From assembly GCA_040954595.2 (NCBI GenBank), contig CM082579.2:12339834-12403833 (forward strand): DNA of 64,000 bases. Reading direction: 5' to 3'. Both the position numbers and the translations under genes were made by a program. The notes under the pieces are model-generated. The model searched no databases and had not been told where the DNA came from. It saw only the letters and a list, made by a program, of their open reading frames with translations. This DNA is from Balanoglossus misakiensis. Lineage: Eukaryota; Animalia; Hemichordata. Below are positions 1 through 12,591 of the stretch, piece by piece (position 1 is the stretch's first letter; each line of letters starts with the position of its first letter).

Positions 1-802
1 TGACAATCCAAAACTGCATGCATGGCTGCCCATGTGTCAGTTAATAGCACTCTCTAACAAAATAAACTTTAAACTCCACGCCAACCTTAGTCCCATCCCA
101 TCCAAAATTTACAATTTTAATCCACTCACAACAAATAATTCCAATTAGACTTCTTAATAAAACAGATACATTCTATGACAAATTTGGAATAAAAAAGGCA
201 ACTTCTCATATTTTTTTCTCTACACACATTGCACGTACACTCATCTCTCTACATGTATAAGATAAATTCTACCCCATGCCACAAATGACTTGTAGTAGAG
301 ATTACTACCATGACTGTGAATGACATCAATGAATGAATGAATGTGACTGGATCAAACATACCCGCAGACGTTCCACTGACTCAACAAACTCACTGTTGAC
401 TTGAGAAAATTGTCCAAAATACATGCAAAGGTACAGGGCTGACTCAGAGAAAATTTTAGAAATCCCAGATTTAACTCAAAGTTTTTAAATATGTTTGTTA
501 GAGGGCACACTGCATAACGGTATTACTATGTGAAATAAATTGAGTGCTACTGGGAACAGAATAGTTACCAGAAGTACTGTGCTTTCTTGTAAAGGTCGCG
601 CTGGGTATAAAGGGTTGCAGCAACGCCCAAAGTCGCAATACATATTCAACTACAAACTTACCCTAAATTTTTCTAAACTTTGTAGAAATGTTCCAAGCAG
701 TTCTACAATGTCCTCACCATGAGTGATCACCACACGCAGGAAATTCTGCTGGAGCTGCCGACTTGTGATGATACTGTCAAATTAATTAAAATTATGACCT
801 AA

Positions 803-886
803 CCCTTCACCACCATGGTTCAGTCCAAACCCATTATTTTCTATGGTAATGTTGGACCTCTAAAGAGGGAACTGGGGGTGAAAGGG
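803..886. mobile_element. small piggyBac-like MITE remnant
   Basis: Inverted ends CCCTTCACC...GGTGAAAGGG followed by TTAA; the left half recurs at ~53162 (TTAACCCTTTCACC) in the RAD50 paralog. Confidence 0.45.
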
Positions 887-2534
887 TTAAAGTAGGGGAC
901 TATCCAGATTCAGTGCATGGTTCTCATATTCCATAGCTTTACATGTATATGTAGACTTTTGAAAAAAAAACAATGTTGTATAGAGAACACAATGTCACCA
1001 TGCTTGATTTTTTATAGAGCTGTTCGGAAATGTTTCATCATAGAAAATCTATAGCATGAGGATGTAAAGAAAGACCCCCTAACTGAAAATGGATTTGTAT
1101 TAAAAATTCATTGAAATACAATAAATATCAAAATCAGGAAAATGATAAGATTCTAAATTATGAGTAAGTCCTCTACCATTAATAATTAAAAAAGGAATAA
1201 GAATGCTGTTCCTAGCAAATTTTAGTGATTACCATGTGTAAAATGTGAAAATAAAAGTCATGTAAATGTTTTTCAGAGATAACGATGCAGTTGTGAAATA
1301 CGAAGCCATCAATGGTCATCACCACAATACATCTTTACTTACCATTACCTTTATATGTATTTCTCCAAAGTTCACGGATTTAATAATTTCTTCCATCTTC
1401 ATGGAATGGTACTTCTTAATGGCTCTGAAACAGAAAAACAAACCAAACAATAAAATCTATGCAAACATGTCTACAAACATCAGCATAGTTTACTTAATCT
1501 TTAAGGCATTTACAGTTCACACCCTCTCATGATTACTAAAAGCTTTCTTACCTATTAAGTGATTTGTAGTACATATCCAAGTCACTGCTTGCAACTCATT
1601 GATCTGAAAGAAGTAGAAAATAACAAACCTGCGTTCACTGATGTCAGTGTTCACACTCTAATGGCATGCTTATTACAGTACCGTATTAAACAGAAGAAAT
1701 ATACTGATCAACACAGACTTATATCAATGCGGACACAAACTAACCGTTCTCCATTCTCCTGTCAACTGAAAAACTACAGGCGGGACATACAATCACCGTT
1801 TGTCCACCAGAATACTATGACAATGAACATTTTCAACAGAAGTACAATTTGTCATGATAACATCAATTAATTTAATTCAAAGTATAAAAACACTCCTGGA
1901 ATTCAACAAACTCGTCTCTCAAAAAAGATACAAGATGCACGACTCACCCTCAACTTAACCATCTTCTCGCGATGCTTCTCCTCCGCATCTCTGTATATAT
2001 ATATGTCTGTAAACCGTTCTTGTAGATTTTGATTTCGTTGTCTTCACGAATTTGTTGTGTCACTGCACGAGATTTCTGTGGACAAAATAAGCAACTACTG
2101 ACATGGTCTCTTAATGGCAGGCGTATGTTTTGAAAGAAGACATTACACTATTCACAAAGTTCTCTACTGTGACGGTGGGACAGACTTGGATATGAATAAA
2201 TGTGACCATTTTACTATTAATAGTGCTTAGCTTGTGAGGTTCAAATGGGTTCAACATGCAACATTTGTATAAATTATACTTTTTATTTAATTTTTTAAAA
2301 GCATCATGTTAGAAGGAAGAAACAAACATTTTAAGAACTTGTCTTGATTCTAACAGCTAAAACTTAATTATCATGCTGTGAACAAATTTTGTCAGAAGAA
2401 GGGGACTAGTATACAACCACCTGAACAATTGAAAACCAGAGAACATTTTCTTTTATTTCATCAATTTCTTAGATGTTTTTTATGAGGCAGTACAAAAGAT
2501 GTCATAGAACAAAAAAATGCCATTTGTGCTCATA

Positions 2535-2745
2535 CTGTAAAATGGGCTATTTTCGCGACAGTTATTTTTCTTGATATCAAAAAGAGGCAAGTTTTACGCG
2601 AGGATTACTTTTTAGCGTTCTCGTATTTCACTAACTGCCTTGTCATCTCTGAAAAAACATTCACGCGACTTATTACTTTCACGTTTTTTTGGCTCTTGCG
2701 TATTTCGCGAAAATTTATTGCGCGCGAAAATAACCTGTTTTACAG
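2535..2745. mobile_element. MITE with TA-flanked TIRs (Tc1/mariner-pogo type)
   Basis: TA|CTGTAAAATGGGCTATTTTCGCG ... CGCGAAAATAACCTGTTTTACAG|TA; internal TTTTCGCG-like submotifs. Confidence 0.75.
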
Positions 2746-5488
2746 TATTTCCAGACAGACCCGAGTTTGCAAGTCTTCATGTTTCTGCAGTAACTTCTTT
2801 TCTCTGTTCTTAAAGTTCTGTGCTCGTATCCTCCAAGTGGCTCTCTCAGTTGTTCACATATCTGTCTTTCCACCACTATAATCTCTTCTTGTCGTTTCCT
2901 CAGCTGTAAATTATACTGAAATTTTCTCATTCTCAATTACAGAGCAGATGAGTTTAAAGGTATACAATCACATGTTCACATTTACCCACACTTACCATAG
3001 ATCTAGCCCAACCAAACAGTCATTCAAAGATCATACAAGCCCTTTTAACCATATTTGGGCATACCAGTATGTAAATTAGTGGTGATTGCATACATTTAAT
3101 GTTTGATGTAATAAAGTTAACATTTACTATAAATAGACAAATCAAAATCTTCAATTTCTAATAAAGTTTTGCCAAGTACGTTTTAATACAAAAATAGTTT
3201 GTTCAAAACATAAGATCCCCAATGACTTTAGCATATTTGAAGCAAAGATGTAAATGTTTCCTTGTTTCTAAAATTTGTCTCCACAGAGATATTTTTTCAT
3301 GTTTTTATCTGGAATCACAAAGCACAAAAATGTCAGTACAATTTACATGTCCGAATTGGGCAAGCATTTTATTACTTGACATTCTCATATAGAAATGTAG
3401 TAGAAAAGAGTTTCTCGTGTGTTACATTTTGTTCATTGAGATCTTTATTTAGTTTACTAATTTTGTTGGTTACAACTTCTTTTTTCGCTTCAGTGACTTT
3501 CATCTGCTGCTGGAGTTCTTGTAGATTCTGTTGCCCTTGTTCTAATGCCTTCCCTTCAAATACCTTTAAATTTCCCCACAAATAAATATTTCTCATGTTG
3601 TTGACATATCTTTCAATACACAGTACATTTCATATGGAGGATCCGAATTTCCGGTACCAAGGCTGGCATTGGGTCGCTAGACACCGATCGCAAGCCAAGC
3701 GAGGAGCTCTACCGTCTGCAAGTGAGTGAAAATCCCCGAAGAACACACAGCTGGACGCCGGACTTTACGTCGCTGCCCATCGTCGCCAACCGAGCTACCG
3801 TCGAGCGAATTCCCCGATCAACGAACGAAGAGGTTCCACGAGTTATTCCCCGATACAGAAAAAAGACGTATGGACGACTAAATCTACGCGCCCTGCCGGT
3901 TAGAACGGGATTTACACCCCGAGCATCAACACATCGACAGAAATGGTGAAGATTTACTCCACAGTGATTCTATAGTTGCGATTCGTAAGTATTGAAATTT
4001 AGAGTGTTAGCTTTGACCAGTGTTTGCTTTTATCCATATGTTGTTCTACTCTCGATTTTGGGAATCCAAATATATTACATATGCAAATGGGTCATTTTTT
4101 GCAGCTATAATTCTATGTATTATATGGCTTGTCTACTACATTGTACAATGCAACACACACTACGTGCCCATTTGAACGCGGGTTGTGAAAAAAACTCATA
4201 CACACGCAAAGCGGGATGGGAAAGAATGAAATAATCTGAGTAAAAATACGTTTTCAATATCGATAGTATCGACATTTCTAAATTGTTTGTTCATCAATAA
4301 CCATTGTTAAAATTTCGAAACAACGAAATCGCTAAATTAGAATCACTGAAAGAAAATCTAATTATCCCAATAGAACTCACATCAACAAGCGCCGAGCAAC
4401 TGAACTCAAATTACCTGAAGAAGCCATTGACTATCACCCTTGAGAAGAAAATGCATGCAACTGACAAGAAACAAGAACTCAATATGGACTATACAATATA
4501 TTTTTATTTAAATTTTGTATATATTTTATCTAGTTTTATAGCCTTTGATCGTGTTCAAATTGTAATCGTCTGTTGAGTGACCCATTGAAAAAAATGCTAA
4601 GATTTCCGTTGTGATATTTTGTAGTGGGCTGAGTAACGGCCGGCTCGACTGCACTACGTCATATCACGCTCTCTTAGCAAAACAGTATGTCACGATTCAG
4701 TACGAATGAAGACATTTAATTTAACGTATTGTATACAATGTTCCTTTTCCGATTTTTTGTCGTGGTGTATTTTCGAATTTCCGCCTTGTTTCCTTGAGCT
4801 ATGCAAAAAAGCCTTTGTTCGAAAAGAATCCCTTTGTTGTACTATTGTTAAATAATGAAGTGGCAGGGACCAAATAAAACTTTATCACACGTTTACCTTA
4901 CCACGTACACTTCATTTCCAGTAATCGCATATCTTTCTTGAGTTAACTGTCAATCTTTTATTCTACTATTCAACGGACCGCAGAGTTTCGTCAAGAAACT
5001 TTTTATTCAGAATCCTGTAAATAAATGGGAAGGCGTAAGAAGCATTCGATCAGAATATTAGAACTACCTGACGGACTGCAGAGTTTCATCAAGGAACTTT
5101 TAAACGCGTCTCGCCCCTGTCTGTGTGTTGTCAGTTCGTGTTACCTCCAAATGTACTTTTCGTTTCTCGCGTTCATCATTACAATACGACAACGGCTATC
5201 ATCTGATTGCTAAAGCTGGAATCATATTACAGTGTATTCCTATTAAAACCCAATATAGTTTCATTGGCGGCTTCCCTGGAAGCATTACTCGATTATCAAT
5301 GAACGAGAACCTCCATATTCCGCTTTGTTGACGGCCGGATCGACCCATGCGATCGACTTGAGATATCTAGTATCACTGCTGGAAATACGAATAGGCTTTA
5401 ATACTGTTTAAAGTACAGTTATACCCGTACATGTACACGTAATTGGCAACCTCGCTATTGTGCATTATTGACGAACGAACAACCTTTG

Positions 5489-5797
5489 TGGAATTGAATT
5501 TAGGACGTTATCAGTTACTTCTACTTAGAAATGGAAATCGCTGTTAAATTACAAATCATTTGCTACGTACATGTACCATCACAGACATAAAAGGCATTCG
5601 CATTGATGACTTTCTGTAACAATCAGTCAGTCCAATCAGAACAGACTTTTTGGAATTGAATTTAGGACGTTATCAGTTACTTCTACTTATAAATTGAAAT
5701 CGCTGTTAAATTACAAATCATTTGCTACGTACATGTACCATCACAGACATAAAAGGCATTCGCATTGACGACTTTCTGTAGCAATCAGTCAGTCCAA
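5489..5797 (+). repeat. direct tandem duplication, ~162-bp period, 2 copies
   Basis: TGGAATTGAATTTAGGACGTTATCAG starts at 5489 and at 5651, with near-identical continuation. Confidence 0.9.
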
Positions 5798-6540
5798 AGT
5801 TTAAATCAAATACAGGTAGTTGTTAATATTATCAATTAATTTAGAAATATGAATACTTTTATTCATCTACTTACACATAAAGCCGACTGCATTACAGTAC
5901 ACAGACAGACAGACAGGCAGGCAGGCAGAAAAAAAGACTTTATTCATAAGTATCATGATATATGTATTCTGCTGATTATAACATATACAAGCTAACTTAG
6001 TGTTTATCACATACATGAACCGATTTTGCATGTCGGTTCTTCATATAACATTTTCAACCAAATGAAATTAATGTAACTTAAATCTACATCGGAAAATTGA
6101 CTCAACCGATAGTAAATATGCATAAATGAAGAGGGGCTGGGACAGATTTTAAGAAAAAATACATCCATGGAAAAATTATAATTCTTTGCTACTAGTATAC
6201 TATAATGTGCGAGGAGTCTTTTCGAAGTAAACGATAAAGCAAGGTGTCACCGCCTTGTTTTCATAAAAATGTTCCCTAAACATTTTTCCAGAGAGTTAAC
6301 ACGGAAATATCAAATTTCAAATTTGAGACATTTTGCTCCCTCGTCCCATTTCTATTCTCAAGTTTAAGGGGTAATAATATAAAGGCACCTTGAACAAAAT
6401 ATGAGAACATATTGCAAGTTTAAGACTTTAATTATCAAGGTGCGTACTATTCCTTTATAATAATATCTGTGCGTGAAGGTACAGGTGCTGCTCGAATAAA
6501 TTTAAACACACCTTACCACACACACAGTTTTCTTGCTGCG

Positions 6541-6546
6541 TTTATT
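6541..6546 (-). terminator. polyadenylation signal AATAAA overlapping the FReD stop codon (TGAATAAA)
   Basis: Plus-strand TTTATTCA at 6541-6548. Confidence 0.5.
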
Positions 6547-8132
6547 CAAAACACAGGCCGTATTTTCATTTCCGATTTCTTGAGCGAGTGATATCCACCC
6601 TTCCATGTATACCACACGATGCCTTTGGCGTTTATGACTTCACCAAGATACTGGCCATTCAAGTTGCTGGTGTAACATTCTTCGTACCACCAGGCGCCCG
6701 TGTAGCCCTCGGCGCAAGCACTGACGTACAGGTCGTTGTCAACATCTCGGGTAGAAAATTTGTTTCCATTATGTGAAGCAAGAGAGTCACCTATAATGAG
6801 ATAATAACATACCTGGTGTTGTATTATATTCCATAGCCGTATATGTGTAGATTATTGAGAAAACACTGTTGTCATTTTTTCTTGAAATTTACACAAAAGG
6901 TGCCAAAAGAGAATGAATGAATACGACACGAATATATACTGCAGAAAGAAGTCCACGATATCGTGTGACGGTACGTCGATCCAAATCTTATTACAAAATG
7001 TGTAACCAATCACACTGTGTAACTGATGGTATACATACTTGGAAAACTGGCGTCACAACGAACTCAATACCGACACTTATCGCGGAGATTGCGATAAATG
7101 AATATGCCTACTCACCCGCTTGACCGCTGTAAGACTCAACGACCAGTTTGTAGTCGCTGAACTCGTCACCGATACGAAATTTACCGTATTTTGCGTAAAC
7201 TGTATCGCCATCGAAGTCCTCCAAGTCTACTCTGAGTTCGTAACGACGACCCTGATTCGTCAGTCGAAAGATCTTGTCATTTCCCAACCAGAATTCGGCA
7301 CCAGGATTTCCAAAGCCGCGTTTGTAGTCGTCCCAGTAACGGTAGAAATTCATACTGCCATCTTCACGTCTTTGGAATACCTTTATAAAACATAGAAAGC
7401 GAAGATTAGATGTTCAAACCGTTCGTCTGAAATGTAACAAAAAAGATTGTTCTAGTTTTTACCTGACATCAAAACGGAAAAGTACACAGTCGACAGCAGT
7501 TGTTAAAGCGTCCTTGAACGTTTCCTATGGCGTGGAAAATCGGAAATAAAGGAATTCACCGAAGAAAGGTGTGCTTTCTTTGGCTTCACTGACTTTTTGC
7601 GATTCACTCTATACTTACCGTCCACCCACCAGAATCTGTTTTCATATCACAGTAAACTTTGAAGGCACTCCCGTTATCGTTTGGTCGGATTGTATAAATG
7701 CCACTCAAGGATTGTCCGCGTTGCAAAATATCGTAGCAATCTTTGGGACCTTGGTAAAAAGGAAAACAAGAAGGTTTCAGTCAGTTCATTGAGAACTCGT
7801 ATAGGAATTTTACGGTGATATATTACCAGAAAGCAGTGACTGTAACCCGGCCCACCCTCCTCGTTATAAATGAAATCTCCCTAAAGATGCACACTGGACT
7901 TACTGATTCTTTCTTCATCAAACGGACTCCCATTGCCACATTCTTCTCTGTATTGGTCGAAAGTCTGTTCAATGTCGGTAGCATGCTCCCTGTTCAGTCG
8001 TAATATGCTGCTTTTCATTGAAATCAGTGTGTCGTCTGCCAGACATTCGGATCTGTCGGCGGGGTGACCAGTGCAGGCTATCAGCAGACAGCCACCTGCA
8101 GCAGCAACCAGGAACACCAGTCGTTCGAACAT
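6546..8132 (-). CDS. secreted fibrinogen-related-domain (FReD) protein, ficolin/tachylectin-5/MFAP4-like, no collagen domain; 4 exons, ~289 aa
   Basis: Exons 8132-7904 (signal peptide [22 protein letters not shown]...), 7749-7619 (PKDCYDIL...[15 protein letters not shown]), 7380-7116 ([24 protein letters not shown]...EFWLGNDKI...LRVDLEDF) and 6790-6546 ([20 protein letters not shown]...[21 protein letters not shown]...[13 protein letters not shown]). All introns are GT-AG with compatible phases (1,0,1); total 870 nt, in frame. Confidence 0.95.
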
Positions 8133-8208
8133 CGTTGATACCAGTATAGCTTCTTCTCAAACTGCCAATCTCACAGTGTTTTCATGCAGTATGCGGGGAA
8201 TCAGCCCC

Positions 8209-8217
8209 TATATATAG
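8209..8217 (-). promoter_or_regulatory. candidate TATA box of the FReD gene
   Basis: CTATATATAGGGG on the minus strand, ~80 bp upstream of the ATG. Confidence 0.55.
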
Positions 8218-8806
8218 TGTACTCTCAAGGGTGTTCCAATGATTTACACATGTTTATTTCATATCTGCGGTGACTTATGTAGCTGTAGTGTGCTCTTACA
8301 TGTCGGTCAGGCGGCCTGTATATTGTGACGACAGTGATTAGAAATATCGGTCACCGTTCGTGACCTCGAGTTGAACTCAGAAGATGCGACAGATAGTAAG
8401 AGTATACAATCATCCAACATCTCTGAGTGAAAATCTGGGCTTGTTATACACCAATTCGAATGAGAGGAAACTGAAAATGGTAAAACAAAAAGTTTTGGTG
8501 AAATCACTGCTGACGAGCACGGCTAGAGTGTCCCGCCCTCAGTTAAAAACATCACATGACAAAGCAGTCGGCTTATAAAATGTGTCGGCCACACAATTTC
8601 ATGTGTGATTACTTCACTCGGGGAGAGTAATCATAATTAGATAGGGTAATAAATGATCCATCTATTTTAAAACCTCATGTTGCTGTCATGATCTATGTCA
8701 CCATTTCGTCCCGCCAAAAGTTACATCACCTGTAGTCCTAAGGTGTGATTTTCATGTCAAGTAGCTTTAATGATTCCCTTTCCGCCATACTTCAGCAGAA
8801 CGATTT

Positions 8807-9668
8807 CTTATACCTCTATGGTTAAGCTATGTACATGTCTTATTGTGGAATTCTGGTCTGTGCAATAGTCCTGTACAGTGACTGTCTTGTGGTCAGTGAG
8901 CACAATGGCACCAAAATAGAAGGCACAATTTTAGGCTCACCTGTAACACCTGCTTAACTCATTAATTATGTGCATACCTAATTCCGGGCTAACTAAGAGG
9001 GCTAGAGGTTTCGTTCTTGTGGGACATGGACCAGTATAGGGTCAAAATTTCTTGCGCAAATTTTGGGTGACCTCAGGTGACCTTTGACCTACTTTCCTAT
9101 ATCTCGGCATCCAGAGCTGGTACAGACTTGGCGTTTGGAGGGTTGGGACTAAAATTGAAAAGCCAAAATGGGGGTCACCTGTGACACCTGCATATCTCAT
9201 TAATTATGTGCATACCTAATTCCAGGCTAACCAATAGGGCTATAGGTTTGGTTTTTGTTGAACATGGACCAGTATAGGGTCAAAGTTTCTTGCACAAATT
9301 TTGCATGAACTCAGGTGACCTTTGACCTATTTTACCATATCTTTGCATCCATAGCAGGTACAGACTTGGCGTTTGGAGGGTTGGGACTAAAATTGAAAAG
9401 CCAAAATTGGGGGTCACCTGTGACACCTGCATATCTCATTAATTATGTGCATACCTAATTCAAGGCAAACCAATACTGCTAGAGGTTTGGTTTTTGTTGA
9501 ACATGGACCAGTATAGGGTCAAAATTTCTTGCCCAAATATAACATGACCTCAGTTGACCTTTGACCTACTTTACCATATCTTGGCATCAAGAGCAGATAT
9601 GCTTATTCCTATGTTGCTATATGCTATGTTGGCTTGGGCCCGCTATTGCTGCTTGCAGCTATATTTTT
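8807..9668 (+). mobile_element. 5'-truncated non-autonomous Helentron/HINE-like element, family A, with ~240-bp internal tandem repeats
   Basis: About three ~240-bp subunits (GGTCACCTGTGACACCTGC...GGTGACCTTTGACCTACTT). The 3' end is GCTTGGGCCC + hairpin GCTGCTTGCAGC + T-tract, shared with the copies at 13-18.9 kb. Confidence 0.7.
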
Positions 9669-11613
9669 CACTTCTATCCAATATGGCGGCCTACCGAAAA
9701 CTTGAAACCTGCATGTTGGCATGAAAAGAGGTGTACACGCTTTAATTTTGGATGACAAGGTTCGTTTTCCATCAATTATTGTCTAAAAGGATGTTGTCTT
9801 ACGCTTTATGACGCTCGTTTCAGCTGTAATAAATTATTTTGAAACCCTGCATACTGGCGATGTGGCAGTGACTCGATCGTACGATGTTATGAATGTGAAT
9901 GCTAATTTTTGAGAAGCGATACAAAAATTAGAGGGTCTTGAGCAGAAGCGTAAATACGGTTTTTCACATGGTCTATGTATTAGCTATAACTGTGCCAAGT
10001 TTGGTTTGCCTACGGTGAAGCACTTTGACGCGGGGCAGTGTTGAATGTGACCTCTCAAGCAACATACTATATGTATAGGACCTCCGTAAGGGTGTTTCGA
10101 TTGCGTAACACGGAAACTCGGCAGATCAAATCACAGTCCCCGGCAGTCTGCCGGGACTTTACACTGAACATAACATTGCAGATGAGTTATGAGACAATCA
10201 ATGCTCGATAACTAGGTTTTGACAATGGATATTCATGTGTTTTAGAGATTAACCCGGATAAGTGGCGGTCTGCATAGACAGTATGTACATAGTATGCATA
10301 GTGGTGACTGTGAGGTGTATCTGACAATGAAATCATGGTGTACTACAACAGACTACACTGGTCCAACTCTCCTTTTTCTGACATTGATTGGTAATTTGGC
10401 AATTTTTAAAAACATTTTTTTTTTCTTTTTGATTATTTCTAATTTAAGAATTTTATGTATATTTTTTCAATCAATAAAATTATTGCCAGCCTTATAATTC
10501 TACATTTAGTTTTCTAACTCCATATCTGAATAATCACTGTAATTATTTGTATCATTTTCATATGCATTTGTTGTACTCTCTTGTAAATCTTCCTCAGGTA
10601 ATTGGTATTCCTGTTCTACCTCTTCTATCTCTAGTATGTCAAACGTTTCAAAAGTATCCACCATTTCTTCATTCATAATCATTTCTAGAATTGAATCATC
10701 TTCACTTACTCTGTCAATATAACTTCTACTGGTGTATTTTACCACTTCTAGTGTTTTCACAGTTTGTTATGTATAGTGGTCTTTATGGAGTTTAGAATGT
10801 TATTCCTTCCATCCGTGGCATTTGCCATAGACCTCAGCAGTCTATTTAAAACCAGCAAACTATCTCTACTCTTGGAGGAAAACACAAACGACCCCTTTCT
10901 CACCATTATGAAAAGCTTCACAAAGACAAAGTATGTTGCAGTTAAAAGACTGAAAATGACTATAGAAAAATATGACTTGCATAGACAGACTGATAAATGC
11001 CCAATCAGTTACGATGCCCAGACTGGACAAAAGCCTTTCACTGTCACTCTGCACAGACAGCCCAGACAAATGCCAGTTCACACACACACACACACACACA
11101 CCCTGCAAAGACTAGACTAAATATCAGTTCACAAAAACTCTGCACAGTGCAGACTAGACAATTGTCAGTCAAACTAAAACCACACAGACTACTCCTACAC
11201 AGACTGGAAAATGCCTGTTCAGTAATACTCAAACAATAACAGTGAATGAAATTTACCTTTTTAATTTTTATTGTCAAATAAATACAATATAATATATAAA
11301 AGGTAACAACTGAGGAAAGCAAGATTAATAAAGGAAACTCCTGAATGCAAAAAAGTGTGGGAACTGGCCACCAACAACACTACAGGCAGTAAAACACCGA
11401 TTGATCAGCACAGACGCACTTCTTTCTTCGTTGTCTCCTGAAAGACAAAGAAACAAACTGTAAGGCGTACGATAATTATTGGTGAAGTTCTCAACAAGAG
11501 ATTTGAGAAACACTTGCTCCGGCTTCCACACACACACGACACTGCTGCAACAGTGCACGCCAAGCAAGGAATGATGCTGCCCGGGAAACTTTCCCTCCGG
11601 CGCGCTTACTTAA

Positions 11614-11961
11614 AGGGACAAAGTCTCTCTCTCGCTGCCCTTTTTCCACTAATTATGTTTGATACAAGACACTGTTTATGTTAATGTACATGTGGATATA
11701 TAGTAAATCTACATTCGACCACACACAACTTCCATCCCACTTGTAAGATATGAGAGTAAAAACTCGCCCAAAATGAATAAATGGTAAAGAACGATTATTC
11801 ATTTTGGCGAGTTTTTTTCACTCTCCTGTCTATAAGAGGGATGGAAGTTGTGTGTGGTTGAACGTTGATTCACTATATATCCACATGTAGAATAACAAAC
11901 GGTGTCTTGTATCAAATATAATTAATGGAAAAAAAGGCAGCTAGAGAGAGACTTTGTCCCT
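11614..11961. mobile_element. fold-back MITE with TTAA target duplication (Kolobok-like)
   Basis: TTAA|AGGGACAAAGTCTCTCTCT ... AGAGAGAGACTTTGTCCCT|TTAA; the two ~170-bp arms are inverted copies along nearly their whole length. Confidence 0.8.
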
Positions 11962-12591
11962 TTAAGGTCTACGATGACGTCTGGACACCTACTGTCCCAT
12001 CATTGCGCCAAAAATCATGTCCAATCAGAGCTCTCAGCAAGAAAATTACGAAATTGGACCGGGACATAATGATCTAAAATAGCTTGCCACAGTCGCGCAT
12101 TCGCTACTTCCGGGTATGGATTCCTTCCGCCGCCATGTTAGAACACGGTACATACACACACTCAGTAAACAGGCGTTCGCAATTTTTCCGGACCTTGAGC
12201 AGACTAAAAATACGCAAATTTCGATAAAACAATAATCAACTCAACGATTTATGTCAATTTTCGATTTTTAAAAACCGGCACTTAGACGCGGGGCAGTGTT
12301 GAAAATCACGGAAAAATCGTGAAAGTCCGTACGGGCACACCACTCGAAACGCGTATAACCTAATTCTTTGGACTAACAATGGCGTGAAATATGATAGAAA
12401 CAGCAACTTACCGGGTATACGTCAGTTTCGGGATGAGAATAATTCTTCTAACGCAGTATTAAGCTGGAAAAGTGAGATTATCGGTACCTCGGGAAAAAAT
12501 CCTAACAGACACATACTTAAGCACGGGGGCGCTGTTCATTTGAAATGATTTTATGCAAATGCATGTAAATTAGGTACCCTGAAATCAGACT

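Larger units (their letters stand above)
662..3610 (-). pseudogene. RAD50: RAD50 partial, unprocessed pseudogene (C-terminal coiled-coil and ATPase exons), copy 1
   Basis: Exon remnants, mostly GT-AG flanked: ~3610-3426 (GKALEQ...LNKDLNEQN), ~2936-2761 (FQYNLQLRKRQEEI), 2075-1948 (YRDAEEKHREKMVKLR), 1603-1552 (SDLDMYYKSLNR), 1424-1343 (AIKKYHSMKMEEI..ELWRNTYKGN), 773-662 (IITSRQLQQNFLRVVITHGEDIVELLG). From recall these are collinear with RAD50 ([80 protein letters not shown]). There are several frameshifts and deletions, and the signature/Walker B exons are missing. Confidence 0.9.

Noticed and set aside
3637-3960. GC-rich segment with ORF 3722-3949 and a CAA|gtgagt donor
   Set aside because: No recognisable motif or partner exon; possibly a TE or gene fragment, but it cannot be assigned.
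8195-8238. NF-kB sites near the FReD TATA box (GGGGAATCAG, GGGTGTTCCA)
   Set aside because: Neither fits GGGRNWYYCC well.
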